The translations under genes were made by a program, and so were the position numbers. DNA of 63,018 bases, the filler included, from Piptocephalis cylindrospora (lineage: Eukaryota): the NCBI GenBank assembly GCA_003614145.1. It is 17 parts of 17 records of this genome, joined end to end, with 100 filler letters (N's around TTAATTAATTAA, not from the genome) between each part and the next. Parts side by side here need not be neighbours in the genome. Positions count along the whole stretch, not along the records: positions 59,438 to 63,018 come from KZ988662.1; 16 more parts are not named here. The stretch is one strand, 5' to 3'. Positions 60,921 to 63,018 of this stretch are shown one piece after another. The notes under the pieces were generated by a model. The model ran no database searches. It was not told the origin of the DNA and was given only the letters and a program-made list of their open reading frames with translations. Position 1 is the first letter of the stretch, and the number at the start of each line of letters is the position of its first letter.

Positions 60921-63018
60921 ATGCGATACCCCTTCACCCTACTTGGCCTACTCTTCCTAGCCGTCCTTGCCAAGGGTCAGGGCCTCAATTTCTCCTCCTT
61001 CACCAACTCTTTTCGCTTAAAGGTTGCTCCAGAAACGGAAAAATATCCCGAGACATGCTCCTACCTCGCAACCCCCGAACCGGGAGCCGGGCCTAGCTCA
61101 TGGACCTGTACGGCGGGTAACTATTGCATCAGTGACGGCCGATCCCTTGCCTGCCCTCCTGGATTCTTCTGTCCAGAAAACACGGCCCAGCCTAACTATT
61201 GCTGCCCCGGCTTCTACTGCCCTACCCCGGCCAAGATTGTCATATGCCCCGAAGGTCAATACTGCCCCGCAGCCAGTACCAAGTCCGTAAGTGTGGTCTT
61301 TCTTCTTTCCATCACCCTCCGACTCGCTCATCTCCTCCTCCCTCTAACCATGTTCTGGCATCCTCATTCATTCCAAATTGTATTAGTATGCGTGCAATGC
61401 TATGGCATACTGCCCCCAGGGAACGGTCAAGGCATCGAGATTTGGCATCGGTCTTCTCTTCGTCCTCTTTGTCATTATCATCTACATTGTCTTTTTCATC
61501 AAGAGTCGTGCAGACCGCATTGTCCAAGATCGCGCTTACCGACAGCTTCAACTGGCTTACGATCCCAATGTAGGGCTGGACGAGGTCAATGACGCTGACC
61601 CCGTGCACCCGCAACAGACAGCCATTGTGGAGCGGACCTTTGAGCTACGCTTTGCTGACCTGGGACTCATCCTACCCACCGGCGTCGACATTATGCGAGG
61701 CGTGACGGGGAAGCTGGCTTCCGGTCGGAGCTGTGCCATCATGGGTCCCTCTGGGTCCGGAAAGACTACTTTCCTTCATCTCCTCTCCGGGAAGGTCCGG
61801 AGAACCACAGGGGTGGTCGAAGTCAATGGGATGGAGGAGGAGCTGTCGACGTACAAGAAGCTTGTCGGCTACGTGCCCCAGGAGGACATTATGCTCCGAG
61901 AGCTCAAGGTCGGGGAAATTCTCATGCATTCGGCCCTCACCCGACTCCCCGCCAAGCTGTCTCGGAAGGCCAAGGAGGCCCTGGTGTATGAGACAGTCAA
62001 GCTTCTTCAGCTGGAAAATGTGTTTAACAGTGTCATTGGCACCGTGGAGAAGCGGGGGATCTCTGGAGGTCAGAGGAAACGAGTAAACATTGGGATGGAA
62101 TTGGTATCGAATCCCTCCCTCCTCCTCCTGGATGAGCCCACCACCGGCCTGGATTCCTCAGTGGCCTTAGAGATCGTCAAGCTCCTAGCCAAGCTGGCAC
62201 GACAGCAACAACTTCTCGTGGCCGCTGTCGTTCACGCTCCCTCACAAAGGGCCTTCCATCTCTTTGACGATCTCCTCCTTCTTGGGAAGGGGGGAAGGGT
62301 CATTTACCAAGGGGCCATCTCGGATGCCCCGGCCTACTTTGAGCTCATTGGCTTCCCCATCCCTCCTGGGCAAAACCCCGCTGATCATTACTTGGCCGTC
62401 TCGGCTAACAAGGTCCGCTCGGCCTACACAGCCGATTTTGTCCCCGCAGACCTCTTTTCCTACTGGGACCGGTACTGTCGGGGCCTGGAACCTTTAGCCC
62501 ATTCTAAGGGTGGAAACTTCCACAAAATGGCTATGCTCATCCCCTCCGTAGATAATCCGGATGGTGAGCCAACCGACGAATCTGGCGGCGGAGGGGGGAG
62601 GTGGGGGCGTGCGAAGCATCGAAATTGCCTCCCTAGTGGGGCCGAAATCATGCATCGTCTACGCGATGCTTCTCGGGCCATATACGGGGCTTTGCACGAT
62701 ACTTGGTCTTACTTTCTGGATGTGGGAAGCGAGCTTAAGGACTGGATCCTAAGCTTTTTCCCTACCCGTCATAGCAGCTCCTCCTCCTTTTCTGGGAGTC
62801 GTGACTCTGGGAGTGGACGAGGGGATGGGACGCGACAGACACCCAACGGCCTTGTCCTCTTCTGGCTCTTCTTCATTCGGGCGTGCAAACAATCCTATCG
62901 GTCGAAGGGCCAATTCATCTACGATCAGCTCTTGCATCTGGGGTGCGGCACCCTGATTAGCTTGGCGGCTCGAAATTTTGATTACTTGGGTCGGCAACCC
63001 GAGGCGGTGTGTGAGATC
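60921..63018 (+). CDS. ABCG-family transporter with N-terminal signal peptide, Cys-rich ectodomain and TM helix, 3'-partial
   Basis: Exon 1 has CPPGFFCP / CCPGFYCP / CPEGQYCP. After intron 61287-61386 the frame (missing from the ORF track because it runs off the window) gives a TM helix, GPSGSGKTT, GYVPQED, ISGGQRKRVNIG, LLLDEPTTGLD, VVHAP, NPAD. Confidence 0.92.

Overview
Eukaryotic, intron-containing DNA. The gene set and short GT-AG introns point to a fungus; an early-diverging lineage such as Zoopagomycota is my inference. The window is not one locus. It is 17 unrelated contigs of about 3.5-3.7 kb, roughly sorted by decreasing length and joined by artificial 100-bp linkers (N44-TTAATTAATTAA-N44), so gene neighbourhoods across linkers mean nothing. 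About 27 genes or gene fragments are recognisable, mostly housekeeping: MRM2, IND1-like ATPase, DEAD-box helicase, ARP5, epoxide hydrolase, two GPI-type paralogs, ADAM protease, COP1, ArsB-like transporter, ERG26-like, FOL3, PIG-X, Ras, RBM26-like, PRE7, SSC1, FMP27, ATG4, an LRR/BC-box protein, ERG6, PWP1, eIF3f, mS38/COX24, a WD40-like inositol 5-phosphatase, RSA3, a Cys-rich ABCG and a PHD-finger protein. Most interesting: (1) an AUG-less, apparently spliced peptide frame at 10539-10833 (-) that resembles, from memory, the conserved Mg2+-responsive uORF peptide of animal PTP4A/PRL phosphatase mRNAs, with no PRL main ORF beside it; (2) a dispersed repeat family, twice found as inverted pairs (MITE/TIR-like), with at least 9 copies; (3) template-switch chimeras typical of whole-genome amplification, including a PHD finger split across strands and a PRE7 gene running into SSC1; (4) a twin-hairpin ncRNA candidate upstream of MRM2. 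No rRNA, convincing tRNA or CRISPR array was found. All identifications come from reading motifs by eye, not from database searches.
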